Source: a virus (lineage: Duplodnaviria > Caudoviricetes). From it: a stretch of DNA of 64,000 nt. This document shows, piece after piece, positions 21,713-31,433 of this stretch. Numbering within the stretch: the stretch's first letter is position 1; the number at the start of each line of letters is the position of its first letter. Location: the IMG/VR virus record IMGVR_UViG_3300028805_000048; one strand, given 5' to 3'. The notes beneath the pieces are model-generated. The model was given only the letters and a program-made list of their open reading frames with translations, had not been told where the DNA came from and did no database searches. A program made the position numbers and the translations under genes.

Positions 21713-22080
21713 TATTTGTTTTCCTCTTCTTCATATAAATCCATAACTTCACATGCTAATAATGCAATTGATATTTTAGCCTGTTGCCAAATTTGAATAG
21801 CTGAAGATAAATTTAATTTTTCTGCATTGGTTTTTGTAATTTGTAATTTTTTTATAATTTCACCGACTTCATTAAGCAATGTAACTAATGAACTATATTT
21901 TTCATATAACTTTTTTTCAACTAAATATTTATGTAATACAAAACCATCTTCAATGATTGTATTTAATGATTTTAGTGAAATTTCTGTTGTTACTATTTTA
22001 CCATCATTTGTTGTATAGTTTTTAGAATATTCTTCTATTTCTTTAAGTATTTTGTCAGATAATTGATATGCTTTTTCCAT
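21712..22080 (-). CDS. Hypothetical protein
   Basis: ORF coupled to neighbours in the operon. Confidence 0.6.
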   Translation of the reverse strand: MEKAYQLSDKILKEIEEYSKNYTTNDGKIVTTEISLKSLNTIIEDGFVLHKYLVEKKLYEKYSSLVTLLNEVGEIIKKLQITKTNAEKLNLSSAIQIWQQAKISIALLACEVMDLYEEEENK

Positions 22081-22386
22081 TTACTTTTCCTCACTTTCAA
22101 ATAAATTAGCTAAATCATTTAAATTTTCATTTTTATAATATTGATTTAAAATTATACTAAGAATTAAAGCTTCTTCTTTATCACAAACAATTTTATAATC
22201 GTTTGTTAATTCTTTTAACATAATTGCTGTTTTATTACCATCTATAATTGTACTTATTTCTATATTTTGATTATATAAATCTTTGAAATATATACAGTTT
22301 TGTTCTATATTTTTATGATTAACATTTTTGTTTTTTGAAAAAAACCTTTTTAGCTTTTGGAACATTATTTTCTCCTTTTTTAACAA
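22081..22386 (-). CDS. Hypothetical protein
   Basis: ORF with AGGAG RBS before the internal ATG; late motif upstream. Confidence 0.6.
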   Translation of the reverse strand: MLKKEKIMFQKLKRFFSKNKNVNHKNIEQNCIYFKDLYNQNIEISTIIDGNKTAIMLKELTNDYKIVCDKEEALILSIILNQYYKNENLNDLANLFESEEK

Positions 22387-22439
22387 TTATTTATTAGAAC
22401 TAAAGAGTATTTGGATTCTATTAAAATAAAATAAAGTTT

Positions 22440-24020
22440 TTGGAGATAAAGATGCCAATAATATCAACTAATCAATTTTGGAATTATGTTATAAATGAAC
22501 CATTATCTATAATTGCAAATATAAAAAAATTACTAACCAAACGTTATTATGATTATGATTTAAAAAAAGATATAAATACTATTTATTGGCAAACTGTTTC
22601 TAAATTTATAGATGAAAATGATATCTTATATGAAACGATACGCTTTCCAAGCGGTTTAACAAATTTTATTTTAAAAAATATCAGTGTTGTAATAGAATAT
22701 AAACCTTTTTCACAACACGAGTTTGATGATGAAGAAGTTTTAAATGTTTGTAAAGAAGTTGCAGCAATAAACAAAGACTTTGAAATTCGTGAATATCAAA
22801 TAGAAGGCGCGTTGGCATCACTTAATGATTTTAAAAGTTTAATTTATGCAAGTGTTGGTTCTGGTAAATCATCAATTATGTCTATTGTGTGCAAATGCTT
22901 AATGCAACAAAATGAAAAAATACTCATTTTGAATGGTAATAATATTATTTTAAGTCAGATAGCTGAAAGATTAGAATCCTTTGGAATAACTGATATTTCA
23001 TGGAATCCTAGTAAAGAACCAGATTATACAAAACAAATTGTCATATTAAATATAGCAGGATCAAATTCTAGATTAGACAAACAAGATAAAAAATATATAG
23101 ATTTTTTAAAAAATGATGTAAATACAATAATTTACGATGAAGCACATCACTTACAATCAATAACAGCAATTGAACCAATACTATATACATCACCTGACAA
23201 CTTACATCATTTGATTGGTTATTCAGGAAGTCCATTTAGAGATAAAGACAAGCCATATGATAACCCAGATGATTTTAGAACAATTGCGATTATAGGTGAA
23301 CCAGCATTTACATATGAAATGAAAACAGCAATAAAAGAAGGTAGTATAGCTCAACCTTATGGATATTTTATAAACTATAAGAATAAAGAAGCTTATGTAA
23401 TGCCACAATTTAAAGATAATTATTTTATGCAATACAGAGCAAATATAATATATAATAAAGAAAGAAATAAAGCTGGAATAGAAATGCTAAAGTTTTTAAA
23501 TAAATATAACATAAAAACGTTCGTGTCATTTAATAATACAAAACCAGCGCAAAATCGTATGAAGGAATTGAAACAACAAGGAATAAAATCTTTATTGATA
23601 TGCGGTAACGAAACTCTATATGAATGGGTATCTGGAAAAAGAGGTGGTTTGGTTTTAGAGAAAAGGAAGGGAAGTAAAAAAGAAGTATTAAAAGCGTTAA
23701 CTGAATATAATTATAATATAATTTTTGGTACTTCTGTATTAGATGAAGGTGTAAGTATTGATATTTTTCAAGCGGCTGTTTTATTTTCAGCTGGAAAAAC
23801 AAATATAGCAGGAATCCAAAGACTCGGACGAGCTAGTCGTAAAAGATTAAAAGGAAAAAACGTATCATTCATAATTGACTTTAAAGATGTTGGTGGTAAT
23901 TATATATTTGCATCTCAATATGAAAAACGTAAAAAAATGATGATAGATTCAGGAATTAAAATATTCAACAATGTGATAGATTTTATAAACTTCATAAAAG
24001 AAATAGCAGAAGAAAAATAA
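22440..24020 (+). CDS. Superfamily 2 DNA helicase (UvsW-like)
   Basis: REYQ, VGSGKS, DEAHH, SGSP, LDEGVSI, QRLGRASR. Confidence 0.88.
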   Translation: MEIKMPIISTNQFWNYVINEPLSIIANIKKLLTKRYYDYDLKKDINTIYWQTVSKFIDENDILYETIRFPSGLTNFILKNISVVIEYKPFSQHEFDDEEVLNVCKEVAAINKDFEIREYQIEGALASLNDFKSLIYASVGSGKSSIMSIVCKCLMQQNEKILILNGNNIILSQIAERLESFGITDISWNPSKEPDYTKQIVILNIAGSNSRLDKQDKKYIDFLKNDVNTIIYDEAHHLQSITAIEPILYTSPDNLHHLIGYSGSPFRDKDKPYDNPDDFRTIAIIGEPAFTYEMKTAIKEGSIAQPYGYFINYKNKEAYVMPQFKDNYFMQYRANIIYNKERNKAGIEMLKFLNKYNIKTFVSFNNTKPAQNRMKELKQQGIKSLLICGNETLYEWVSGKRGGLVLEKRKGSKKEVLKALTEYNYNIIFGTSVLDEGVSIDIFQAAVLFSAGKTNIAGIQRLGRASRKRLKGKNVSFIIDFKDVGGNYIFASQYEKRKKMMIDSGIKIFNNVIDFINFIKEIAEEK

Positions 24021-24100
24021 ACTATTTGGAAAAAGATATTATTAGAAAAGTGTAATTGTTAATATTCTATAGATGAGTAATTTTTTATAAAGAGGCAAAA

Positions 24101-25060
24101 ATGGAACAGCAAACACAATCTACTTTTGATGAAGATTTTAATTTGACAGAACAAAAAAAATTTCTTAGTCTATTAATTTATGATCCACAATGGGCATTAC
24201 TTAATGGATTAGAAGTAATACGTCCAGAGTATTTTGATAGTAATTATCTAAAAAATATATGTAAATGGATTAAACAATATGCGAAAAAATATAAAAATAT
24301 ACCAACAAAGTTAGTATTACAACAAAAAGCACAAACATTGATAAATGATAATCAATTATCTACAAAGGAATATTATAGATATCAAGAAATTTTAGATGAG
24401 ATTTTTACATTAGAACAATCTGATGAACTTGAATATTTTAAAGAAAAGGCTATAGAATTTGCAAGAACAGCAACTTGGAAAGCAGCTTTATTTGATGCTA
24501 CGAATACACTAAAAATACATAATTATGAAGAAGCTCTTGCTAAATTTAGAGAAGTTTTAGATCTAGGTTCAGAAAAAGATCTTGGAACAGATTTTAAAGA
24601 GCAAACACCTGATGAATTTTTAAAATTGTTAAATGAAAAATACGATAAAGCGAATATGATTCAGACAGGTATAGAAGGCTGGGATAAAGCTTTAGGAGGT
24701 GGATTTGCTAGAAATAATATACATATCATCGCAGCGTGTTTTTTAGGAAAAACAAAAATAAAAACAAATAAAGGAAAATTGAGTTTTGAAGAATTATCTA
24801 AATATACGAATTATGATGATTTAGAAATATATAGTTTTGATGGATCAAATAAAATTAAAACAAAAATAAAAAATGTTTTTGAAACAAAAAAAGTTAAAAA
24901 ATTAATGTATTTAAAATTTAATAATGGAAAATCTTTACAATGTACACCAGACCATTTATTTGTAATTAAAAATCCAACAAAAAACGATCCTTATATAATA
25001 TATGAAAATGGAATAGCTTATAAGCAGGCTCAATATTTAGGAGAAAATGATGAATTCTGA
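24101..25060 (+). CDS. Replicative helicase (DnaB/gp41) N-half fused to intein N-fragment
   Basis: IQTGIEGWDKALGGG...HIIAA then CFLGKTKI (intein block A, Cys at 24737) and CTPDHLF (block B); ORF ends at YLGENDEF. Confidence 0.88.
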   Translation: MEQQTQSTFDEDFNLTEQKKFLSLLIYDPQWALLNGLEVIRPEYFDSNYLKNICKWIKQYAKKYKNIPTKLVLQQKAQTLINDNQLSTKEYYRYQEILDEIFTLEQSDELEYFKEKAIEFARTATWKAALFDATNTLKIHNYEEALAKFREVLDLGSEKDLGTDFKEQTPDEFLKLLNEKYDKANMIQTGIEGWDKALGGGFARNNIHIIAACFLGKTKIKTNKGKLSFEELSKYTNYDDLEIYSFDGSNKIKTKIKNVFETKKVKKLMYLKFNNGKSLQCTPDHLFVIKNPTKNDPYIIYENGIAYKQAQYLGENDEF

Positions 25061-26915
25061 TACTTTTTGCGGTTATGTATACAAGATAACGAATATACTA
25101 AATAATAAGAGTTATGTCGGACAAAAATTCTCTCCTGTATTTATAGATAAATATTGGGGTAGTGGAGTTTATATTAGAAAAGCTATTAAAAAGTATGGTT
25201 TAGAAAATTTTAAACGTGAAATTTTATGTTGGTGCAAAACAAGAGATGAATTAGATGATCGAGAATTATATTATATAAAACAATATAATACCCTTTCACC
25301 AAATGGGTACAATTTAACATTAAATGTCTTTAAGTCTGGTAGAAAACAGAAACATTCTACTATAACAAAAATGAAAATGAGTCAAACACGATTAAACTAT
25401 TCAGACGAAAAGAAAAAAGAGATTTTAGATAAGTTTCATATGACATGTGAAAATAGAACTGAAGAAGAAAAATTAATTATACATAACAATAGAAGTAAAG
25501 CCATAAGATTTTCAGAAAAATTTCAAAATACTGTACATTCTGAAGAATATAAAGAAAAACAAAGACAAAAATCGATTGTTGTTATGCAGAATCCAGAAAT
25601 TAGAAATAAATTATCTATTACCTCAAAGGAAAATTGGAAAAATGAAGATTATAGAAATATGTGTATAAAAAATTTAAAACATAATGATTCAGAAATACAA
25701 AGTAAGAGGAGTATAAAAGGCAATATTATTAGAAAAACAAATGGATTTGATCAATATAATAAATCAGAAAGAGCTAAAGAGATAAGTAAAAGGAACGCCG
25801 AATATATGAGAGAATTGAAAAATAATATGTCTGAAGAAGAGAAGTATATATGTAGTTTAAAAAGTAAAATTAAAGTTTTATTAAGAAATGAAAAGCTTAA
25901 TAAAGAAGAAATAATGACTTTATTTGAAATCATAAAGAATCATGAACCAACTTATGATTTATATGATTCACCGAAAGACAGACTTTTAAACAAAAAATTT
26001 CCAAAAATAAAATTAGTTAAAAAAGAAATTATAGAACTCGATAAAGAAATACCTGTCTATGATTTAACTGTTGATGGAAATATACCTAATTTTCAATTAG
26101 ATGCTCAAGTTTTTGTACATAACTGTCCAGGAGGGGGCAAATCAAGAATTATGGCTTTTCTTACAAAACAAGCTGTTATGGCTGGAAAGCGTGTAATTTT
26201 TATATCGTGTGAACTTGATGAAACTGAGACCATGGCAAATATAAATTCTTCTATTACTGGTTTAAGTATGTATGATATATTAAAACCTGAAAATAGAGAA
26301 GAATTTATCAAAAGAATAACAAATTTTAAAAATACTTTCGGTGGTAATTTGAAAATCAAATTTTATGGACCAAAAACGGTTAATTGTGATACTATTCATA
26401 ATTACATACGAAAAGTCATGCAAGAAGAAAAAGAAAAATTGAATGGAATAGAATGGAAACCTGATTTTATTGTTGTTGATTATATGGATAATTTATTGCC
26501 GATACAGAAAATGAAAGGTAGTTTATATGAAGACGGTGGTGCTGTTGCTAACGATTTAAAAAATTTAGCAATAAGTTTTGATTGTCCGATTGTTACTGGT
26601 TCACAGCTTGGTAAATTTTCTTGGAATATAAAAGAAGGCGATGTGATAAGTATGGATTCTATTGCTGAATCTGCTGCAAAAGTACATCTTGCCCATTCAA
26701 TGACAACAGTAAATTCAAATCCTGGTGAAAAAGCGTTAGGAAGAGCTCGTTTATTTTTAGCTAAATCACGTTCAGGTAGTGCAAATTCTGTTGTTTGGGT
26801 AGAAAATGATTTACCAAGATGTCGTTTACGAGAAATAGATGAATGGAGTCCAAAAGATGTAGAAAATGAGTTTGGCGCGTTTAGTGTTAAATCAAGTAAC
26901 AATAATCGTAAATAA
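25047..26915 (+). CDS. GIY-YIG endonuclease, intein C-fragment and helicase C-half
   Basis: GYVYKITN...YVGQ; VYDLTV...VFVHN/C (blocks F/G, ending 26123); then CPGGGKS Walker A, FISCE, VVDYMD, TGSQ, AKSR. Confidence 0.88.
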   Translation: MMNSDTFCGYVYKITNILNNKSYVGQKFSPVFIDKYWGSGVYIRKAIKKYGLENFKREILCWCKTRDELDDRELYYIKQYNTLSPNGYNLTLNVFKSGRKQKHSTITKMKMSQTRLNYSDEKKKEILDKFHMTCENRTEEEKLIIHNNRSKAIRFSEKFQNTVHSEEYKEKQRQKSIVVMQNPEIRNKLSITSKENWKNEDYRNMCIKNLKHNDSEIQSKRSIKGNIIRKTNGFDQYNKSERAKEISKRNAEYMRELKNNMSEEEKYICSLKSKIKVLLRNEKLNKEEIMTLFEIIKNHEPTYDLYDSPKDRLLNKKFPKIKLVKKEIIELDKEIPVYDLTVDGNIPNFQLDAQVFVHNCPGGGKSRIMAFLTKQAVMAGKRVIFISCELDETETMANINSSITGLSMYDILKPENREEFIKRITNFKNTFGGNLKIKFYGPKTVNCDTIHNYIRKVMQEEKEKLNGIEWKPDFIVVDYMDNLLPIQKMKGSLYEDGGAVANDLKNLAISFDCPIVTGSQLGKFSWNIKEGDVISMDSIAESAAKVHLAHSMTTVNSNPGEKALGRARLFLAKSRSGSANSVVWVENDLPRCRLREIDEWSPKDVENEFGAFSVKSSNNNRK

Positions 26916-26942
26916 AAACGGGAGTAATAATTTTACTCCCCC
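26916..26942. terminator. Intrinsic terminator hairpin
   Basis: GGGAGTAA/TTACTCCC stem with an A-run on the left (U-tail on the minus strand). Confidence 0.6.
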
Positions 26943-27107
26943 TTAGTCATTAACCGCTCAGATCGCAAGATACTCTATAACTTTTCTTATAATTTCATTC
27001 AATCTTATTATAACGGAGGTTTAACACTAAATTCACCTTATTAAATAGAACTTATAAAAAAAAAACGGTTTTACAATTTTTAATTTTCAAAATATGAAAG
27101 GAAATAA

Positions 27108-27299
27108 ATGATTAATTTATATGAAAAATCTTACAAAGACTTAGAAGATGATTATGAATCTCAGCAATTAAACGAATTCTATAATCAAGAAGACAATAAA
27201 GAGAAAAAAGAAAGATTAAAAAAGATGCGTGATGATTATTATTTAAAACAATCTGTTTTAAAAATGAAAATGAAGGAGAAAATTGTATGCAATTTGTAG
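27108..27299 (+). CDS. Hypothetical protein
   Basis: TGAAAGGA RBS and TTTACA promoter upstream. Confidence 0.6.
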   Translation: MINLYEKSYKDLEDDYESQQLNEFYNQEDNKEKKERLKKMRDDYYLKQSVLKMKMKEKIVCNL

Positions 27300-28405
27300 G
27301 TGATACGCAACTAGATTATAGTGATGTTTTAATTTTACCTCAAACAACAACTATCAATCATAGAGGTGAAGTAGAAGTAGAAAGACATTTTAAGCAACTT
27401 GAACCAGATTTAGGTATGGGATATATTCGTGAATTCAAATGTTGCCCTGTCATGAATGCTAATATGACACAAACTGGTACTTTTGAAATGGCTAGTCAGT
27501 TGCGTTTACATCATATGATAGCTTGTATTCATAAGTTTTATACAGCGGAAGAAATTAACAATTATTTTGAAAATAATGGTTGGGAAGGAGTTACATTTTT
27601 CATTACAATTGGTTTACGCAATCAAGCAGAAGAAATTCAAAAATTAAGAGATTGTAAGAATCACATGTGGTCTATTTTAATCGATGTACCTAATGCTTAT
27701 ATTCCAGATGTAGAAGAGTTTGTTAAATTTGTTCGTTTAGAATTTCCAGATAGAATCATAGCGGTTGGTAACGTATGTACAGGTGATCGTACTCAAGAGC
27801 TTATTAAAGCTGGTGCAAACATTGTAAAAGTTGGAATTGGTCCATCTCAGGTTTGTCGCACGCGTCATACTACTGGTTGTGGTCGTCCTCAATTGTCTGC
27901 TGTTATTGAATGTGCTAATGCTGCTCATCAAGTAGGTGGATTAATCATTGCCGACGGTGGATTTAATAATACTGGTGATTTGTGTAAAGCGTTTGTTGCT
28001 GGAGCTGACATTTGTATGTCAGGTTGTATGTTTGCTGGATGTGATGAAGCAGCTGGTGAAATAATTAATAAAATGTATAGAACAAATGAATATACTTATG
28101 ATAATGAACCAGAAGATGAGTCTAATTATGTTAATCCAGATAGACCAATATATGAAATGAAAAAATTTAAAGAATATTATGGCATGTCATCTTTTCGTGC
28201 TCAAAAAGAAAATTATGGTAAAAAAACAACTACTGGAACTTCAGAAGGTGTTGAAAGCAAATTAATTCCATATACAGGACCTGTTATTGATACTATTAAT
28301 AATATAAAAGGTGGATTACGTAGTTGTGGAAGTTATATTGGTGCTAAAAACATAAAAAGTTTTAGTAGACAAGGTAGTTTTTATAGAGTAAATAGAGTGC
28401 AATAA
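27287..28405 (+). CDS. guaC: GMP reductase
   Basis: LDYSDVLILP, ANM..TGTFEMA, IDVPNAY, VKVGIGPSQVCRTR, IADGG, YYGMSS, TSEG, GGLRSCGSYIGA. Confidence 0.88.
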   Translation: MQFVGDTQLDYSDVLILPQTTTINHRGEVEVERHFKQLEPDLGMGYIREFKCCPVMNANMTQTGTFEMASQLRLHHMIACIHKFYTAEEINNYFENNGWEGVTFFITIGLRNQAEEIQKLRDCKNHMWSILIDVPNAYIPDVEEFVKFVRLEFPDRIIAVGNVCTGDRTQELIKAGANIVKVGIGPSQVCRTRHTTGCGRPQLSAVIECANAAHQVGGLIIADGGFNNTGDLCKAFVAGADICMSGCMFAGCDEAAGEIINKMYRTNEYTYDNEPEDESNYVNPDRPIYEMKKFKEYYGMSSFRAQKENYGKKTTTGTSEGVESKLIPYTGPVIDTINNIKGGLRSCGSYIGAKNIKSFSRQGSFYRVNRVQ

Positions 28406-28409
28406 ATAA

Positions 28410-28736
28410 ATGATGGAGATGAAAATGCTAGTGTTAGTAAATGATACATTGTTAACTTCTGATCAATATGATTTTATTATTGGATTTGAAGGTAATGAAA
28501 ATGATTTAATACATAAAATAGATAAAGACGCCAATACATTTTCTATTTTCAATGAAAAGAAAAAAGATGCACAAGAAGTTCATAAAAAGCGTTTACAAAA
28601 CATAAAAAATTTGATAGATAAGAGAGAGAAGAATAAAAAATTATTAGCTTTAACAAAAGCTATTCAAAATGAAGAAAAATTAGATTTGATAAAATCTTAT
28701 GCTAAACAATTAGAAAAACTTTTGAAAGGAATGTAA
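28410..28736 (+). CDS. Hypothetical protein
   Basis: ORF in operon. Confidence 0.55.
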   Translation: MMEMKMLVLVNDTLLTSDQYDFIIGFEGNENDLIHKIDKDANTFSIFNEKKKDAQEVHKKRLQNIKNLIDKREKNKKLLALTKAIQNEEKLDLIKSYAKQLEKLLKGM

Positions 28737-28737
28737 A

Positions 28738-29094
28738 ATGAGACCAGATCAGATGAAAACAATTCATAGAGTAATTAGCACTTTTGGTGAACGTAACCAA
28801 AAGATGCAAACCTTAGAAGAATTATTAGAATTACAATCAGCTTTATTTGAAAATGTACATCGTGGTACAGATAATCGTGCAAATATTGTTGAAGAAGTAG
28901 CAGATGTTGAAGTGATGTTAATTCAATTGAAACAAATGTTTGATATAACACCAGAAGAGATTCAAGAAGTACAGGATGCTAAATTGACAAGACTTAATCG
29001 TACAATTGAAAAGTATATAGCGAAACAAGCACAAGAAGAACAAACTGCTCAAAAATTAGTTCAAATAGATAGAACAACGTCAAATGGAAAATAA
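28738..29094 (+). CDS. MazG-like nucleotide pyrophosphohydrolase
   Basis: FG..NQ...TLEELLEL...IVEEVADV. Confidence 0.75.
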   Translation: MRPDQMKTIHRVISTFGERNQKMQTLEELLELQSALFENVHRGTDNRANIVEEVADVEVMLIQLKQMFDITPEEIQEVQDAKLTRLNRTIEKYIAKQAQEEQTAQKLVQIDRTTSNGK

Positions 29095-29118
29095 TTTTGT
29101 TTAAATAGGAATTTTTAT

Positions 29119-29337
29119 ATGCTTAATTATTATGTAGACAATGATATTCAATGTGATATTTTAAATAACGAAAACAATTATTTATTTTTTGATATAGCTG
29201 AAAATACTATAGATAGATTAAATAAAAAATGTGAATTTATTCTTTCTAAACAATCACTTAAATGGTTGCCATACAAATTAGAATATAAAGAATCTGTTCA
29301 TATTTATATAAAGACATTTTATTTTAAAAAATTCTAG
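29119..29337 (+). CDS. Hypothetical protein
   Basis: ORF with AGGA RBS. Confidence 0.45.
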   Translation: MLNYYVDNDIQCDILNNENNYLFFDIAENTIDRLNKKCEFILSKQSLKWLPYKLEYKESVHIYIKTFYFKKF

Positions 29338-29361
29338 TTCAATATAATATCTTAATATTAT

Positions 29362-29865
29362 ATGAGGATTAGGATGCGAATATATACTGATGCTAGTACT
29401 AGATCTAAAATTTCTGGTTTAGGATATGTAGCTACAACTAGTAAACATCAAATAATCAAAAAAGATGGTATAGCTATAAATCAAAATGATAATAACACTG
29501 CTGAATTACAAGCTATAATTTATGCAATAGAAGAAACACAGTATAGTTTACAAGATAATGAAAAAATAATAATATTTACAGATTCTACTTATGCAATAAA
29601 TGCTATTAGAAATAATCATTATAGATCTGAAGAAGAACCATTGGTTAAAAAAATTCAAAATATGATAGAGTATAGTGATTATAAGCTTTTTCACGTTAAA
29701 GGTCATTGCCAAGATGGTACTATTTTATCACATTTCAATAAAAAAGCAGATAAAATGTCGAAGTTTGTTAGAAAAGAATATGAAAAAGAATTAGAAGAAA
29801 CTAAAAAACAAAAGAAATTATTAGCTATAGCGAAATCAAAACTGTTAAAAGATAATAATTTATAA
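29362..29865 (+). CDS. rnhA: Ribonuclease HI
   Basis: IYTDAS, NNTAELQAI, IFTDSTY, HVKGH, N.KAD. Confidence 0.88.
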   Translation: MRIRMRIYTDASTRSKISGLGYVATTSKHQIIKKDGIAINQNDNNTAELQAIIYAIEETQYSLQDNEKIIIFTDSTYAINAIRNNHYRSEEEPLVKKIQNMIEYSDYKLFHVKGHCQDGTILSHFNKKADKMSKFVRKEYEKELEETKKQKKLLAIAKSKLLKDNNL

Positions 29866-29938
29866 TTTTAAATAAAAAATGACTTTACAAAATTCATTTA
29901 ATATTTTATTTATATAATCAATTTGAAAGGTTAATTAC

Positions 29939-30169
29939 ATGAATAATTTATATTACATAAAATTAGAAAATGATACGATTGTTAACATGTATATCGCTAA
30001 AAATTTAAATGATGCTATTTTAAAATTTTTACATGATAATATATCTCATATTGGATTATTACAACTATTAGAAAATCATTTAACTTTAGATTTATGGATT
30101 AGAAAAGAGAATGAACAATCTAAAAAGATTAATGTTGATATAGACTATAACGTTAATATTAGGAGTTAA
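29939..30169 (+). CDS. Hypothetical protein
   Basis: TGAAAGG RBS and TTTACA promoter upstream. Confidence 0.55.
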   Translation: MNNLYYIKLENDTIVNMYIAKNLNDAILKFLHDNISHIGLLQLLENHLTLDLWIRKENEQSKKINVDIDYNVNIRS

Positions 30170-30171
30170 TT

Positions 30172-30639
30172 ATGTCTAATTTGAAAGAAAATTTGAAAAT
30201 CATAAAAGAATTAACAAAAATTATAAAAGATAATCCAGATTGGCGTTTTCAACAATTGTTATGGAATTGTGGAATAATTGGTAGAAATTATAATGATCAA
30301 GATAAATTAGAAATAGAAGATAAATTTTATGAAAATTCAGATACTACATTAAAAATAATTAAAAATTTTTTACAAAATAGTGAAGATAGGCGTTTAGAAT
30401 ATTTACATTCGCATTCTTTGATGAATCGTGAAGAATTAGAAAAAGGAATAAAATGTCATTGTTTTTGTTGTTGTACAGAATTTAATTTTTCAGAAATTAA
30501 AGAATGGACTGATAATAATAAGACAGCAATTTGTCCATATTGTAAAGTAGATGCCATTCTTTCAGCAAATTTAAATATAACAAAAAATGAAATAAATAAA
30601 TTAAATAAAAAATATTTTAAGAAATCAACAGTTCTATAG
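30172..30639 (+). CDS. Two-domain hypothetical protein with C-terminal Cys cluster
   Basis: PDWRFQQLL N-terminal domain; CHCFCC...CPYC. Confidence 0.6.
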   Translation: MSNLKENLKIIKELTKIIKDNPDWRFQQLLWNCGIIGRNYNDQDKLEIEDKFYENSDTTLKIIKNFLQNSEDRRLEYLHSHSLMNREELEKGIKCHCFCCCTEFNFSEIKEWTDNNKTAICPYCKVDAILSANLNITKNEINKLNKKYFKKSTVL

Positions 30640-30643
30640 AATT

Positions 30644-30706
30644 ATGATGAAAAACTTTGAAATTACATATTCAGATTCCTATAATCAACCTGAAAGTTTA
30701 GGTTGA
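30644..30706 (+). CDS. Attenuator leader peptide 1 (MMKNFEITYSDSYNQPESLG)
   Basis: 20-codon ORF starting 7 nt after GTTCTA; its residues match the downstream tRNA set; overlaps the 1:2 and 2:3 pairing segments. Confidence 0.78.
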   Translation: MMKNFEITYSDSYNQPESLG

Positions 30707-30736
30707 TAGGTTTTTGTATACAAAGTTTTTAATCAC

Positions 30737-30780
30737 AAAAGCCTGTCAAAAAAAAAATAAAAATGACAGGCTTTTTATTT
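30737..30780 (+). terminator. Attenuator terminator of tRNA operon 1
   Basis: AAAAGCCTGTCA...TGACAGGCTTTTTATTT; the left arm can alternatively pair with 30704-30716. Confidence 0.8.
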
Positions 30781-30868
30781 TAAGGCTTTACAAAAAAGAA
30801 ATTACATGTTAAAAATAATTTTGTTTGTAAAGAGTTATAAAGACATTGTAAATAGGAAACAATATTAT

Positions 30869-30960
30869 GGAGGATTGCTAGAGAGGCTTAATAGAGCGGT
30901 TTTGAAAACCGTCGTGGATGAAATATGCCACCGAGTGTTCGAATCACTCATCCTCCGCCA
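30869..30960 (+). tRNA. tRNA-Ser(TGA)
   Basis: Cloverleaf with long variable arm, loop TT-TGA-AA, GCCA end. Confidence 0.92.
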
Positions 30961-31194
30961 ATAAGCTGCTGAGAGGGTTGTAGTAACTGTAGTTAAGAGA
31001 TTTAGAGCTCCTTAACAAAGCAGATTCCCATAACGGACAATGCTCAGTAGAATCTCTAAATGGATCGTTATAAAAACTACAAATTTTGGGGTGTCATATA
31101 TTGTAAGATACATGTCGGTCAGGCCTAGGGTACAAATAGAGGAAAGCTATATGCTGTGAATGTTTACCGTCACCTACCCCAAACATTTTTAAAA

Positions 31195-31268
31195 GCCGAA
31201 TTAGTATAATGGTATTACGACTGACTTGTAATCAGTTTATGGGAGTTCGATTCTCTCATTCGGCACCA
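31195..31268 (+). tRNA. tRNA-Thr(TGT)
   Basis: Loop CT-TGT-AA, TTCGA, ACCA end. Confidence 0.92.
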
Positions 31269-31273
31269 TTTTT

Positions 31274-31350
31274 TGGAATGTAGCTCAGTTGGTTAGAGCG
31301 CTTGACTGTTAATCAAGATGTCGTGGGTTCGAATCCCACCTTTCCAGCCA
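31274..31350 (+). tRNA. tRNA-Asn(GTT)
   Basis: Loop CT-GTT-AA, GCCA end. Confidence 0.93.
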
Positions 31351-31355
31351 ATCAC

Positions 31356-31433
31356 GGTGTTTTCGTTCAGTTGGTCTAGGACATCGCCCTGTCACGGCGA
31401 AGATCACGGGTTCAAATCCCGTAAACACCGCCA
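31356..31433 (+). tRNA. tRNA-Asp(GTC)
   Basis: Loop CT-GTC-AC, GCCA end. Confidence 0.93.

Noticed and set aside
1183-26902. Antisense or nested track ORFs (1183, 7495, 8993, 10204, 10732, 11564, 11848, 12178, 13060, 14703, 15304, 15807, 17146, 19438, 21827, 22583, 23223, 23530, 25751, 26105, 26480)
   Set aside because: Shadow frames of longer genes that have clear motifs.
31105-31185. RNase P RNA (GAGGAAAG at about 31139)
   Set aside because: The domain is too short and lacks the complementary 3-prime P4 strand.
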